This document shows positions 8,989 through 21,162 of a stretch of DNA of 24,578 nucleotides, one piece after another. Made by a program: the position numbers and the translations under genes. Numbering within the stretch: position 1 is the first letter of the stretch; every line of letters starts with the position of its first letter. A model generated the notes under the pieces. That model saw nothing but the letters and a program-made list of their open reading frames with translations, was not told the origin of the DNA and did not search any database. This DNA is from a virus (Duplodnaviria; Heunggongvirae; Uroviricota; Caudoviricetes): positions 1-24,578 of the IMG/VR virus record IMGVR_UViG_3300028591_000102; one strand, written 5' to 3'.

Positions 8989-9018
8989 ATTATATCATAT
9001 TTGATATTAAGTTGTCAA
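8989..9018 (-). promoter_or_regulatory. Sigma-A-type promoter upstream of the holin
   Basis: TTGACA (9018-9013), 18 nt, TATAAT (8994-8989), with extended -10 TGn. Confidence 0.7.
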
Positions 9019-9025
9019 ATATTTA

Positions 9026-9802
9026 TTATGTTAAAAATTTAGTCATCATATATCCTGTTTTACCCTAATAGGTTACTCGCGTCCATTCATTGCTGAGTAC
9101 CTAAACTCTTTGCCCCTTATCAACACGAGTTAAAATGGTTGCGTTTGTAGAAGGGGCGGAACGTAATGCTACACGAGTATCATTAACTACCGCACTACCA
9201 ATAGCAGCACTATTTGTATTAGTGCTAGTTGATGCCGGAGCACTGCTAGTAGCACCATAATCTACACCCTTTAATTCGCCCCATTCACACCATTTCTTAT
9301 TAGTAATATCAGTCATTGTTACACCGACTTGAGTACCAGATGCTTCAATAACTTTTCCATTACCAATATAAAGTCCAACATGAGAACGATTTGAGGTTCC
9401 TTTAAGTACGAACACTGCGGTTCCTGGTTTTAATTCTTTACCATCAGTGCGCTTACCATTAGATAATTTGCCTTTTGAAGTGCAATACCTATCCCACATA
9501 GTATTAGAACCATGATACATATAGCCGCCTAACTCTTTAAAGGCCCAATAAAAAAGACCAGAACAATCAGTTACGATTTTTCCGATCCATTTCGCACCAT
9601 ATAACGCCGCATAATAGTAATCGTCTTTCTTTGCGGCCTCGCTAGTTTTCCAATTTGCGCCATATTTATTAACAATATAATTTACTTTCTAATTCTATAA
9701 TGATTGGGTCCAGGTAGTATGCCACTAGCCAAGTATATAACCCCACTTATTATCATAGGCATATTGAAACTTCGCAATTAAATTAACCGTTGTTATCACC
9801 AT
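9026..9802 (-). CDS. Endolysin: NlpC/P60 peptidase plus SH3b cell-wall-binding domain (258 aa; 5 TAG=Gln)
   Basis: WGYILG, catalytic DCSGL (from about 9568), HVGLYIGNGKVIEA, Ser/Thr/Ala linker, then VALRSAPSTNATIL...WTRVTY[TAG]GKTGYMMTKFL. Track ORF 9101..9520 is an internal fragment lacking the catalytic Cys. Confidence 0.9.
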
Positions 9803-10232
9803 CGCCCTCATCCCCTTCTATTTCTTCTTCTATTGGTTCAACCTATATGTCTTCCTCTAACTGCTCATCCTAAGTCTTAATAGCTTCATCCATTAAGCCA
9901 AAACGAGTAATAATGTTTTTAAATCCGCCCTTATCTATCCAGCGTAATATAAATCTATCGCTGAAGATATATTTTTCACCTAGGGAGTTAATTAAATATG
10001 TACCTTCATTTACTAACATAATCCAATCTAGGTTAACTAATGTGGATGCTAAGGCTTCTGCCGCAGCTGGGCGGAACGTAGACGCGGCCAGAACACCAAA
10101 ACGATATAGCGCCCAAACCCAACAGATAAATTTGCTCATGCGTTTACTATATTGTAGCGCATTAGCAACCACACGGTGGGAAGACTTTTTCTTTTTCTTC
10201 TATCGTCTTGGTTCAAATTCATTTTCTTCCAT
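9783..10232 (-). CDS. Membrane protein with basic N-terminus and acidic tail, holin-like position (149 aa; 3 TAG=Gln)
   Basis: AAGGAGG RBS. Extends track ORF 9870..10172 in both directions through TAGs. Two hydrophobic segments. TAA overlaps the endolysin start region. Confidence 0.7.
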
Positions 10233-10247
10233 AAGCATCCCTCCTTA

Positions 10248-10556
10248 TTATTTCATATATAAATCTTGTAGATTTTTAATTGCGGCGGCCTAAGTAATAT
10301 GTCGCCTATGCATGTAATCATAAATTGCCATCATCGGAGCTGGTGGCTCTCCTTTTTCTTTGCGATAGGCATCAATTAAAGCCACAACAGAATCATGTTG
10401 TGGCTTGATGCTTTCCATTAATACTACCGATTTTCCATAGAATGATTTCGCCGCAATTGGATAATCATTCTTATACATAATTGCTTTTTTAATATTATCC
10501 TCTGCCATGTCCATGGTAGCTTCAATATCTTCTGATATACATTCAATCACTTTCAT
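10248..10556 (-). CDS. Helical hypothetical protein, possibly ferritin-like (102 aa; 1 TAG=Gln)
   Basis: GGAGGT RBS. Track ORF 10290..10556 continues through TAG to AAAIKNLQDLYMK-TAA-TAA. Confidence 0.75.
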
Positions 10557-10578
10557 TCAAATGACCTCCATATAAGGT

Positions 10579-11031
10579 TTATTGTTCTTCTTTAATCCAT
10601 GTTTCAGCTTTAAGCGTCAAACCACTGCCACTAGTAATTTTATTAGAAACAAGAGTTACATTTGGGAACTTAGTATTATTATAACCATATTCTAAATAGG
10701 TATGATAAGAATAGCAGGCATTACCATAATTAGTTTTTATATCAATACCTTTAGTATAATTATCTCCCTCATGACGAATATAATGTACAAAGAAATCATT
10801 AATCTTTTCTTTACTCCAAGTCTCATTATAACCTGGAACTATATTATCATTTTCATCGGTCACCATACAAGAAACATATTTCATATTAGGGTAACTTGGA
10901 TTATTATATGCCATTTTCATTTGACTATGAAAGCCTCTAATAGCAGAATCTAAGGTATCATGAACTTCAATACCAACAGCATATGCATCACCTTCTTTGC
11001 GTATACGGTGAAGAAAAAATTTATTTTCCAT
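10579..11031 (-). CDS. Hypothetical protein made of two tandem homologous domains (150 aa)
   Basis: AGGAGGT RBS, TAA stop. The two halves align by eye (FFLHRIRKEGDAY / FFVHYIRHEGDNY ... ETWSKE / ETWIKE). Confidence 0.8.
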   Translation of the reverse strand: MENKFFLHRIRKEGDAYAVGIEVHDTLDSAIRGFHSQMKMAYNNPSYPNMKYVSCMVTDENDNIVPGYNETWSKEKINDFFVHYIRHEGDNYTKGIDIKTNYGNACYSYHTYLEYGYNNTKFPNVTLVSNKITSGSGLTLKAETWIKEEQ

Positions 11032-11047
11032 AGTATCTAACCTCCTA

Positions 11048-11791
11048 TTAGTATTCTAATACCTTTAAAACATCAGTCTTATATTCCTCTGGAATTGGAG
11101 TACCGTATGTAATTGCAGAGATTTCTTCAACAGTTTCAAGCGCGTTAACATAAGTTTTCAATGAATTATAATATGCAAGATGATAATTCTTAAAAGCTGT
11201 TGCTGTTGAAATAATTTCATTAATTTCATCTGGAGTATAAAACTCACAGGTTTCTCCATCTGCATGATAAGGGATTAATGATTCGGTTTGAGCCATTGTA
11301 TTTAAACTCATTAAATTAATTTGATCTTGTGCAGTTAATGAAAAATGACGGGTTTCTCCACGAATTTCAAGGTCAAAACCGCCTTCAATAGTCTTACGAC
11401 ACTAAGCACTTAAAGATGATAAGTGAATCTATTTAATATATCTTAAATTATCTTCAACTTCTTCTGGAGAAGGAGGGATAATTTCTTCCTCTTCTTCCTC
11501 ATCTTCCGGTAATAACGGAGCGATTTCTTCTTGTTCCGCCTAAGCATTAACTACTAACTCATATTCTTCTTTTGTAATCTCACTAATATTTGCTATTTTA
11601 TAATAGATATTTTCATCTGTAATTGGCTTCATCCAATAATCACGATAACGTATACCATTTATAGATACAAATTGTCCGTGTCCGACGCCAGATACAGAGA
11701 AAAATGAATAATCATCATTATAAGCATAGAATTTGTCAGATGTAAGAACACCAATGAGCTAATCATCCTACATAACTTTATAATATTTCAT
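11048..11791 (-). CDS. DUF4376-like tail-associated protein (247 aa; 5 TAG=Gln)
   Basis: AAGGAG RBS; MKYYKVM[TAG]DD[TAG]LIG..., EITKEEY, acidic linker, then GFD...HFSLTAQDQINL...YHADGETCEFY...YYNSLKTYV...ITYG. In frame with track ORF 11048..11311. Confidence 0.8.
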
Positions 11792-11806
11792 TTTATACAC
11801 TCCTTT

Positions 11807-11837
11807 AAAAAGGAGAGAAGGATTACTCCTTCTCTCC
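11807..11837 (-). terminator. Intrinsic terminator after the giant gene
   Basis: 11-bp stem GGAGAGAAGGA/TCCTTCTCTCC, 4-nt loop, T5 on the minus strand. Follows TAA TAA TAA. Confidence 0.8.
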
Positions 11838-11844
11838 ATTATTA

Positions 11845-14800
11845 TTAAATTGAGAACCCTGGCAAGAGGGCACGAGAATCCGCCGCAGCATCCACCGTTG
11901 TAGTGTTATATACAATTTCGCCCTTGGAAGACACTAGATAGAACCTACGTGCAACACGATTACCATCATAATATGCTGCCGTATTGGTTCCAGAATAATA
12001 ACTTCTAGTGGCTGTATAAGAGCTTTGTAACCACATACCACGTTTAGTAGACGGCTCTGCTGGCGAATCAATTAGTGTGATATCTGATGTGCTCTAATTT
12101 AATCTAATCTGCGGTTCTACTGAACGGCCAAAAATACTGTAAGTTGATATATACATATATGCAACATTATTACTAGTGTTGTACCAAACATCTCCTTCCT
12201 ATAATGAACCAGCCCATAGACTTGGTTCATATTCTACTGTACCATCAGTATTTCTAGTTAATACTTCAATTGCCGCACCAGATGGAATTGTTAACGGGTT
12301 AATTCCAGCTGATACAAAAATACGTGTATCTGGGCCGACAACATGCTCATTAAAGAACCAACGCTAAGCATTAACCATTTTTGCCGCAGTTTTATCTTTA
12401 ACGAATTGACTATCAACATAATTGTAAACTTCGTATCCAGTAACACTCCAGGATAGATTAGATTCTTCATCTAATTGTGATACTGGTGCTGCGGTATCAG
12501 ATAATTCTTTAAAGCTTGGAATATAAACATAATCTCTTACAGAATTACTAATAGATCTAGTGAATTGTGCAGCCGTTCCTTCAAGAATCATGGTTGGAAT
12601 AGGAGTATTAATAATAATTGATTGATATGCAAGCGGAAAAGCTTTATAAATCATATTATTACAATATCTTCTTACAGTTGTATATGTCCAACCAATTTTA
12701 CTATCATTAATTCCATCTGTAGTCCAGCATAAATCACTATTTTTACCATTATGATACGGTATTAATCTATCTCCTAATGGAGCTGCCGCGTAAAGATTAA
12801 TTTGTGCATTATTCCCTGTAAGTACTAAAGAATTTAATCCACTTTCAGAATCATAAATTCTGTTATATCCAAGTATTCTAAAAGGAACAGTTTCATGTGG
12901 CCAGCTAGCTAATAATTTGCATTCTCTATCTCCTAAATCTATAGGCCAATACTTAGCATAATAAAGTATTGCAGTAGGAATTGATAGAGGAACGAATTGA
13001 TTATTACTATTATTAATACCACCCAATAATAGCTAATTATTAACTTGATTTGCTGTTGCTTCACCAATGGCTGGATAATCAAAATTCTAGTCTCCATAAG
13101 AAGTAATTTCAGTCTATCGAATATTATAATATCTAAATCCTTCATATAAAGCATTATTATTACCAACAACAGATGGGCCTAAGGTTGTATTATATGTATA
13201 AATATATAATTTCTTAGGAGTATTACCATTATGACGTAATACTAACATATTACGATAGCTTAAGAATTGACTGTGATCACTTGTTTGATAAATATAATCT
13301 ATTACATATGTTTGTGTGCCCCATGTAACCGTAATCGGAATAGGAGCTGTACTATTACTATTATTAATAATAGAAACTTTAAAACCATTAGTAGAATCAT
13401 TCTAAGTATCATAACAAGATAGAAGAACTAATTCTTTTTGCTGTCTAACAAATTGACTAGAGTTCATAATATATTTAAAGTCAATTGCAATTGTAAAGCT
13501 ACTATTAATATCGCTTAATGGATATAATCCCGTTGAAATATAATTAGAAGGAGACTAGAGTAAATATGGTTTCTAATTTACATTAGCTAGCATATCAATT
13601 GTTGTAATCTCATCTTCATTATATTCTGGGTCATAACCCATTTGAATATCAATTGTATCGGTACCTTTATGACTATTTAATAAATTATACTTAGTTGTTT
13701 CAGACGCCTAAGAAATAGCATATAATTGAGCCGCATTTAGGCTACTAAAATCATCAATAGAAGTTAAATCTTTTGAAGACTCCCATAATGAATAAATATT
13801 AGTATTTTTTAAAATTGGTATGGAAGGCATATCCCAACCTTTAAATACATAATAGTTATTAACATTTACAGAACCAACTTTAGTAACTACTTTCTTTTTC
13901 TTTTCAAAATTGAAAGTCCAATCAGCAGAAGAACTTAGAGTATTATATGCAACCTAAGCAGTATGTAATACTGTAGTTCTATCATAATCATACCAGTTAA
14001 CTGTGTATGTTCTTGCTTCACTACGTCCATATACTGCTACAAATTCAACATTATTAATACCAACAGTATCAGATAATGTGAGTGGGTCACCAGTATCTCT
14101 GAATTTCCAACCACTATATTGCTTATAATGTGGTTCCGGATTGTTGAAATCTTCACCATAAATAGTAAACTCACCAAACTTTAAGATATGAGAAGTAGTT
14201 TCAATATCTTCTGGCATATCAATATATGGTAGATTAGTGTCAGGATTTATATCATATACTGGATCAATAAACGGTACATTGGATTGACTATAGTAAGTAT
14301 ATAATAATTCTTCTACAGTTTCTCCATCTTCCTCATAAATCTTATAATACTTAACACTATACTTTGGAATCTCATTCTCTGGAATTACATCAAAGTCAAT
14401 CTTATTATCAAATTCTTCTTTGTAATGGTCGCATTCGACTTCACTCCAGTTACCATTAACCTTAATAGTACCAGATAAAATTAATTTCTATACGGGATTA
14501 CCATCTACATCATAGACAACGCCAAGTTCATTCTTTCTTTCAACAAAAATCTCCAAATCGGAAATATCATTGATATAAGAAGTACGTAAATCTTGTAAAT
14601 ACAAGGTATCTACATGAGTAAGGGCTTTTTTCGCAACATCTAACCAGTTTAATTCTGATAGATAGTCACTATCCGTAATAGTTAAATTAATTAAGTTAGA
14701 GTAATCTGTTTCTCCAGTACTCTTATTAATTACAGAGAAATCCGTTAATAATCTTGCAGATTTTAGAGATAAAGTATTAACGGTAGAAGGTAAGTGTAAA

Positions 14801-17800
14801 GTTGTAATGCTAGTATAATCTGGCAACTTAATATTAGCTAGTGCAGTACCACTTGCCTCTATTATTTTTAAATTATTGCTTTCACTTAGATCAATAACAC
14901 CATTTAAGTTATCACAATTCTTAATATTTAATTCTTCAAGAATAGGCATATTAGGTAATATTGTAAGTTGCTTTAGATTAGTATTATGATATGTTTCATT
15001 CTCAGTACCTAAATCTAATTTCTTTAAGTGCGCTGCACTACTAAAGATATTCGCGCCGATATAGAATGATGCTAAGTTACTTAATGATTGTATATAACTA
15101 CCAGCATAAATATAAATACGAGTTTCATTCATATTGGCTGTACAATCGATTGTATATTCTTCACCAGCAACCGCGCGAACAGGACTACGTAAGTTACCAT
15201 TACCTACAGCAACGTTAATATACATATCTTGATATGGAACAATCTTTAAGTGATAATCTGGTGTTACACCTTCAATCCATTTACTAGAAATAAATGAAGT
15301 ATCACTATTAGCAATAATACATTTGTATAATTTACGATTATTTTCTGAACCATAGAATACGAAATCTCCAACTTCAAATGGTCTATAAGTAGAAACATCA
15401 TTAACTTTTTGTTCATAACCAAGAGAGTTCCATAAAGGAGCATCTGGGCTGTAACAAACCATTTCAATTGTATTACTGCGAACGTTATTAAGCATATATT
15501 TACTACCAAAATAGATTGCCTAATCGCGCACCCACTGACGACGCTGATACTTCTTACGACCTTGCATCATTTCTTTTAAGAAACGTGTATTCTGTTTTGT
15601 ATTACCATCAGTATCAGCAAGTTTACAATTGTCATAAACCTTACCAGTGAATGTTCTGATATATTTACGCTCAATATCGAGACGCCACATTTCTTCTGGG
15701 AAACAATTTTGGAATTTATCAAACTCATTAATTAAATTAGTTGCATCAAAACAAGCTGCTTCATTAACACGATTGAAGATATCCGCAATTTCCTCAGTAA
15801 AACTACTGCTTAAACGACGCCATAAAATAGAACCCGCGCCATTAAAAACATAACCCGATGTTGGTACTCCAGCAATACGATAATCAGTATCTTCTTTACC
15901 ATATGGGAATATTAATTCACCATTATTATCGATACCTGCCGCAGTATCCATATCATATGCCCATAAATCGAATGCATATTCTGTATAATAAGTCTTCTCA
16001 GGATCAATTTCAGTATCTTTAGTACGTACATATTCACCATTAATTAATTCATCATAAACATGAATTAATGCAGGAGAAGTGTGATGTACTTGACGGTGTG
16101 TTCCAGTTTTACCAAAATGCCAGAAGCAGTTCTTCGCACGGTTATCCATCATGGTATAGAAATGAGTGAAAGCATAAAAATATTCAACCGCTTCAGGTAC
16201 ACACCATTCGGCTAACTGGGTTTTAAACTCTTCATTGCTTGCGGTAATTATCCATTCATAGAAAGCTTCAACAACGCTACGATTGATTTCAAATTGAGCG
16301 TCGTCATCACCGCCGGAAGTCTTATTAATTAAATCACCATCACGGTAATCGCCCTTACAGGCATAACGGAACTCAAATGAATGCTTACCATCAAATGGGT
16401 CACCGGACAACATTCTATGTCTATAGTTTACATATACTTGCCCATTAGGTAGAATGTATTTAGTCGTTGCATTTTCTACGTCTGTACCGTCTTCATACTT
16501 AGCGATTTCGTTTTCTACACGATAATCATGGTCAATTTCTTTTTCAGTAGGTTCACGAGTTGGCCACCATTCCGTCTCTGGATCAATATCCCAAATATAA
16601 TTCATAGAATTAATCTTACTATCATCTTCTTCTATGATACGTTCTCCATTACTAATATAAACGCCAGACTAAAATTGAGAGTTACTAGTGTTGTTATCAG
16701 AGATTTCAACAGTAAACTCATTCATATCATCTGGATCATATGCGCGAGTATAATCAGTTTTCTTGGAATCACCAATATTACCTAAAGCATAGAAGTGCCA
16801 TTCGGTATCATTAAACTCTAAGTGTTTAGTATAATTACCATTATCATCTTGAGTATCATCAGTTTCACGTAAGAATAGAATAGCAGGAACAAATTCCATG
16901 TCATTCTTAATACGATGGTCACGTTTATAAGCGGGAGATTCGTAAACGTAAGATAAGAAATCATTGAATCTTTTTTGGAATAGTGCATTGTTTACGTTTT
17001 CGGAAGATGCTACATTAACCTTTAAGTTAAAATAGTTATTTGGAATAGAAGTTGGAGTTAAGGAAACCTTACATTCATCGCCCATCCAGTCTAAACATTC
17101 TTCCGGTTCTGCTCCAATCGTAGGAGCCCAGCTTTTAGTTGTAGGATTAAATACAGAATTTTCTGCGCCTTTATATAATTTTGATACATATCCTTCATAT
17201 CCAGTAATATTCTTCTTTTTCGTAGGCGCATGAGTACCATCACACATAAATAAAAAGTCAACATTACGTGAGGATTGACCATAATTGTCAGATGTCGTTC
17301 CTTGACCAGCATGATAACCATTCATAAATAGCCAGTTATCTTCATCAGGACGCCCTGGATATTCTGTACCGCCTTCTGCATGAATACAACGTAAAGAAGA
17401 TTTAACAAACGTTTTCTTACTCTTAGTAAAAGTTGGACACTCTAACATTAAGATTTTAACATTAGGCAACTTCTTTGCTAATTGTTCTGGGTTAAGTACC
17501 GCATTACCAACTTTATATGGTGTAAATTGTTGACCTTCTGGTTTTGTTGAATCATAATAAATACTATTACGCTCATAACGATTTACTTTTTCAGTAATGT
17601 TCTTACCATCAGCAATAAAGTTACGTAAAATCTCACTAGTAGTTAGAGATTTATTGTAAATACGGAACTTATAAATATATACATCACAATCTGGAGAACC
17701 AATACGAATAACCTATTCGTTTCCATCTGCATGATATAATATTTCATCAGTATTATATGCATAAGCTTTGCTTGGAACACCATCTTCATAAGACATGACG

Positions 17801-20800
17801 AAGTCTTCGTTTAACCCATGCTTATTAATGTTAATATCTAACTCAATCTTATCTTCCTCAGAATATGGGAAATATAGATAAGAGTTAGTAGAAGCCTCTT
17901 CTCCATTCTATTGAGCTAGTTTTTCCGCCGCATCCGCCGCGCTTGTCTTTAACCAGCCTTGATGCGCACTTAACTGAATACCAATAGGAACATCGCTGTT
18001 TGTAGTTGGATTACCAACATTACTAAACCAAACAGCACTAGCATCACGAACTGCTGAAACTTTGAATGTAATTTTCATTTCAACGCCATTATTAAAAACA
18101 GAACTACTAATAACTGGATTTGTTGGATTACTATTGTCAATTGATTGTTTAAACATCTTGTAATCAAATTCAGCATACGTTCCGGCTTTAATAACAAAAC
18201 ATTTACCGTCTATATCTGTTTTATAACCGCCGCCACTTGGGTCATCCGACCAGTTAAAGTTATCAGATACGCTCATATGATATGTTTGATTATCATATGT
18301 CCAGGTTGGAAGTCTATTAGCAGAATTATTAGATAAAGTAGACGGGTCAAAATTAATAACCGCACCAGATACCTGTGCGATATCAATTTTCATTTCAGTA
18401 ACAGTTACATTAAATGTTAACGTTGTATTATCAACTTTAATAGTTAAAGTTTTTTCACCAAATGTATCAAAAGCATATGAAAGTAAACCTTCAGTACCCA
18501 CTGTAACTGTATCTATTAGTGTTTCTCCATCATAATATTCTACAGTAGAATTAGAAGAGTTATGATTATAAATGGAATATGGAATATTTATTTCAGCATA
18601 CTGTTGCGCTGTAATATTTTTTCCACGATAAGGAGATGCAATAATTACCGGTGTTGCATCATTAACATCATACCAAATATAATCACGAGTAATCGCAGTA
18701 GTTGGCGGCAATTGCTAACCATTTAATGTACCAATTAAATACATACTAACAGTATGTGCACCATGAGATTGTGCTGGAATAACATATTCTTGAGGAGAAC
18801 CAGAAATAGCAGAACCCAATGGTTGTGTGCCAACAATATTTCCATCTACTGTAACATATAGCGTCTTATCAATCGCACCATATGGAGTATATGGGAATTG
18901 AAGTGTATTGCCCGCCTCAATTAACATACTATCTGGAGCATCGGAAGTTAATCTTAATTCTTTTATTTCTACGGTCCAAGAACGCGGAATATTTTGTCCA
19001 TTAGTATTAACCGTTAGATTGAATGTCTATAAACCTAAGCGGCAATATTCAGTAACATCAATTTCATAGAAACCTTCAGGGCGTGGGGCATCAGGCCATA
19101 CACCGGTGGTAATAGCCTAATCACTCGCGCCACTATTCAAGTTCCCGCTTGCAATAATGGTACTATTATTATATTTTAAAGTATAGGTACCTTCATGAGA
19201 TTCGCCAGTAGCATCTACAGAAGAATAGAAGAAACGTAAGTATATATGCTCTTCATTTTGAACCGTCACTGTTGTTGCAGGAGTAATACGAACTACACGG
19301 ATAATCGCATCGCTTCCACCACCACCGCCTTTGGGTAATTCAACCTGGCCAACTGGTACCATTAATTCATCATCAATATTCTCTTGTGCATTTGATGTGC
19401 CGTAATCAAACTCGTATAAATTTAGATAATAAACATCTTCATCTGTTTCGTGCCAGGTTTGAGTAGCTTCATCAAATTCTCTTCCTTTACCAAGCACTCT
19501 ACTAATATTATAACGTTTGAGATTATTTGGGTTTACACCAATAAGCACTGGCGTAAGTTGTTCTTCAATTTCAATAAATCTATAGTGTAAATAACCACTC
19601 TCATTATTACCAACAAAATAATCAGTGTTAATATCCGGCTCTTCAATGCTTTCTAATGATGCCGCGAACGCACCGGAAGAACTACCATTACCGGAACCAC
19701 CGCCACCGCTAATTAATTCCCATTTGTTATTAATATATTTCCAATAATAATATTTATCACCATTTTTAATTAAATAGTCAATTTCAGGCTGAGCATCATT
19801 TTTTAATGGAATACCGTTTTCATCAAATTCAATATCGTCAAGAATAACGGTGCTAGTTCCGTTCGAGGCCGCAACATCATTAATTGCCTACTACAATGCT
19901 GTAAATCGTGCGCTTAAAGTTGTGGCACCATCTACATGAGTATTATTAATTTCAGTTTCAATATTATCTAATCTGGAACTATGGCCATCTTGCTATAACC
20001 CAATGGCAGTTCCAATTGTATTAACAGTATTCGAAAGCGTAGTATCACTTTGAATATCATTAATAGATTGTTCTATTGCATCAAAACGATCATCCAAGGT
20101 ACCGCTACCATTAGCCGTATCAATTTCAGATTCTAATGCTTCAATACGTTGGGTTAAGCCATTTGTGTCATTATTATCTACTGCCACATGATCAATAGCG
20201 GTTTCAAGCGCACTAATCTACTCAGATAAACCAAGCGTTGGATCTTCATTTGTTGCCGCATGAGAGATATTATACTCAATATTATGAATATAATCAGGAA
20301 GATTATTAATTTCAGTATCTTTATATACGTCGCCAATTTCTTTAATAATCTAATCAATTCGGCTATTATCTAAAGAACCGATTTCTTCTTCTAATTTTCC
20401 TAATCTACTAGCAAGAGAACTAGAATCACTAGTATCAATATTATTTAAACGAGAAATAATAGAATCTGCTATTTCAGTACTATCAATTGCATTTAATCTA
20501 TCTATTAATTTAGAATTAGCAGTAATATGTGTGGCATCAATTTCTGACTTTAATGCTCTTACAATTACCGTAATACTATCTGCTGAAGTGATATCATTAA
20601 AGTTAGATGGATATAAATCATCTAAAATAGTTGATATTTTACTTTCTGTCTAGCCTAAGCGCCAGTTCATAGTATTTGCGGTATTTGGATTATCAATGGC
20701 TTCAAAACGTTTAAGTAATGTATCACCGCCAGCAATTCCTGAGCGATGGGCTGCATTGATTTCCATAATACTACTTTCAGATGTACTAAAACGAGCATTC

Positions 20801-21162
20801 AAATCATCATAGTATGGTTCGTGTTCTCTTGTGGCCTATTTAATCATAGACCAGGCAGCGTTTCCATTTGCCCCGGCTTCAGTTAAACTACCAATATTTC
20901 TATTAGCGGTATCAATTGCTTGATTTAACTAATAAATATTATATTTTATACTACCGGTTGTACTAATATCGCCAATATCACTTTTTAAACCATCAATCAT
21001 TAAGTCAATATCAATATTTTGATTTAATGCTTCCATGACACCCAACTCAATATTATTTACCTTGTCTGCAGTTATGGGTTCATCCGCGGACCACATGTGT
21101 GGACTAGTATACGCCGCATCTGAGCCAGTTATTGCCCCAGGCCAAGTATATTTAGTTGCCAT
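11845..21162 (-). CDS. Giant multidomain virion/tail protein (3105 aa; about 27 TAG=Gln): coiled coil, Ig-like, LamG-like, CotH-like kinase, LRR, B-repeat-like, C-terminal DUF6273/lectin-like
   Basis: Eleven track ORFs from 11845..12036 to 20929..21183 share one frame. Reading the gaps codon by codon found only TAG, never TAA or TGA. AAAGGAGGT RBS before ATG 21162. Motifs: IGSPDCDVYIYKFRIYNKSL, MMDNRAKN, YDMDTAAGIDNNG, LEELNIKNCDNL, YVFKGWD, WLQS...PGFSI. Confidence 0.9.
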
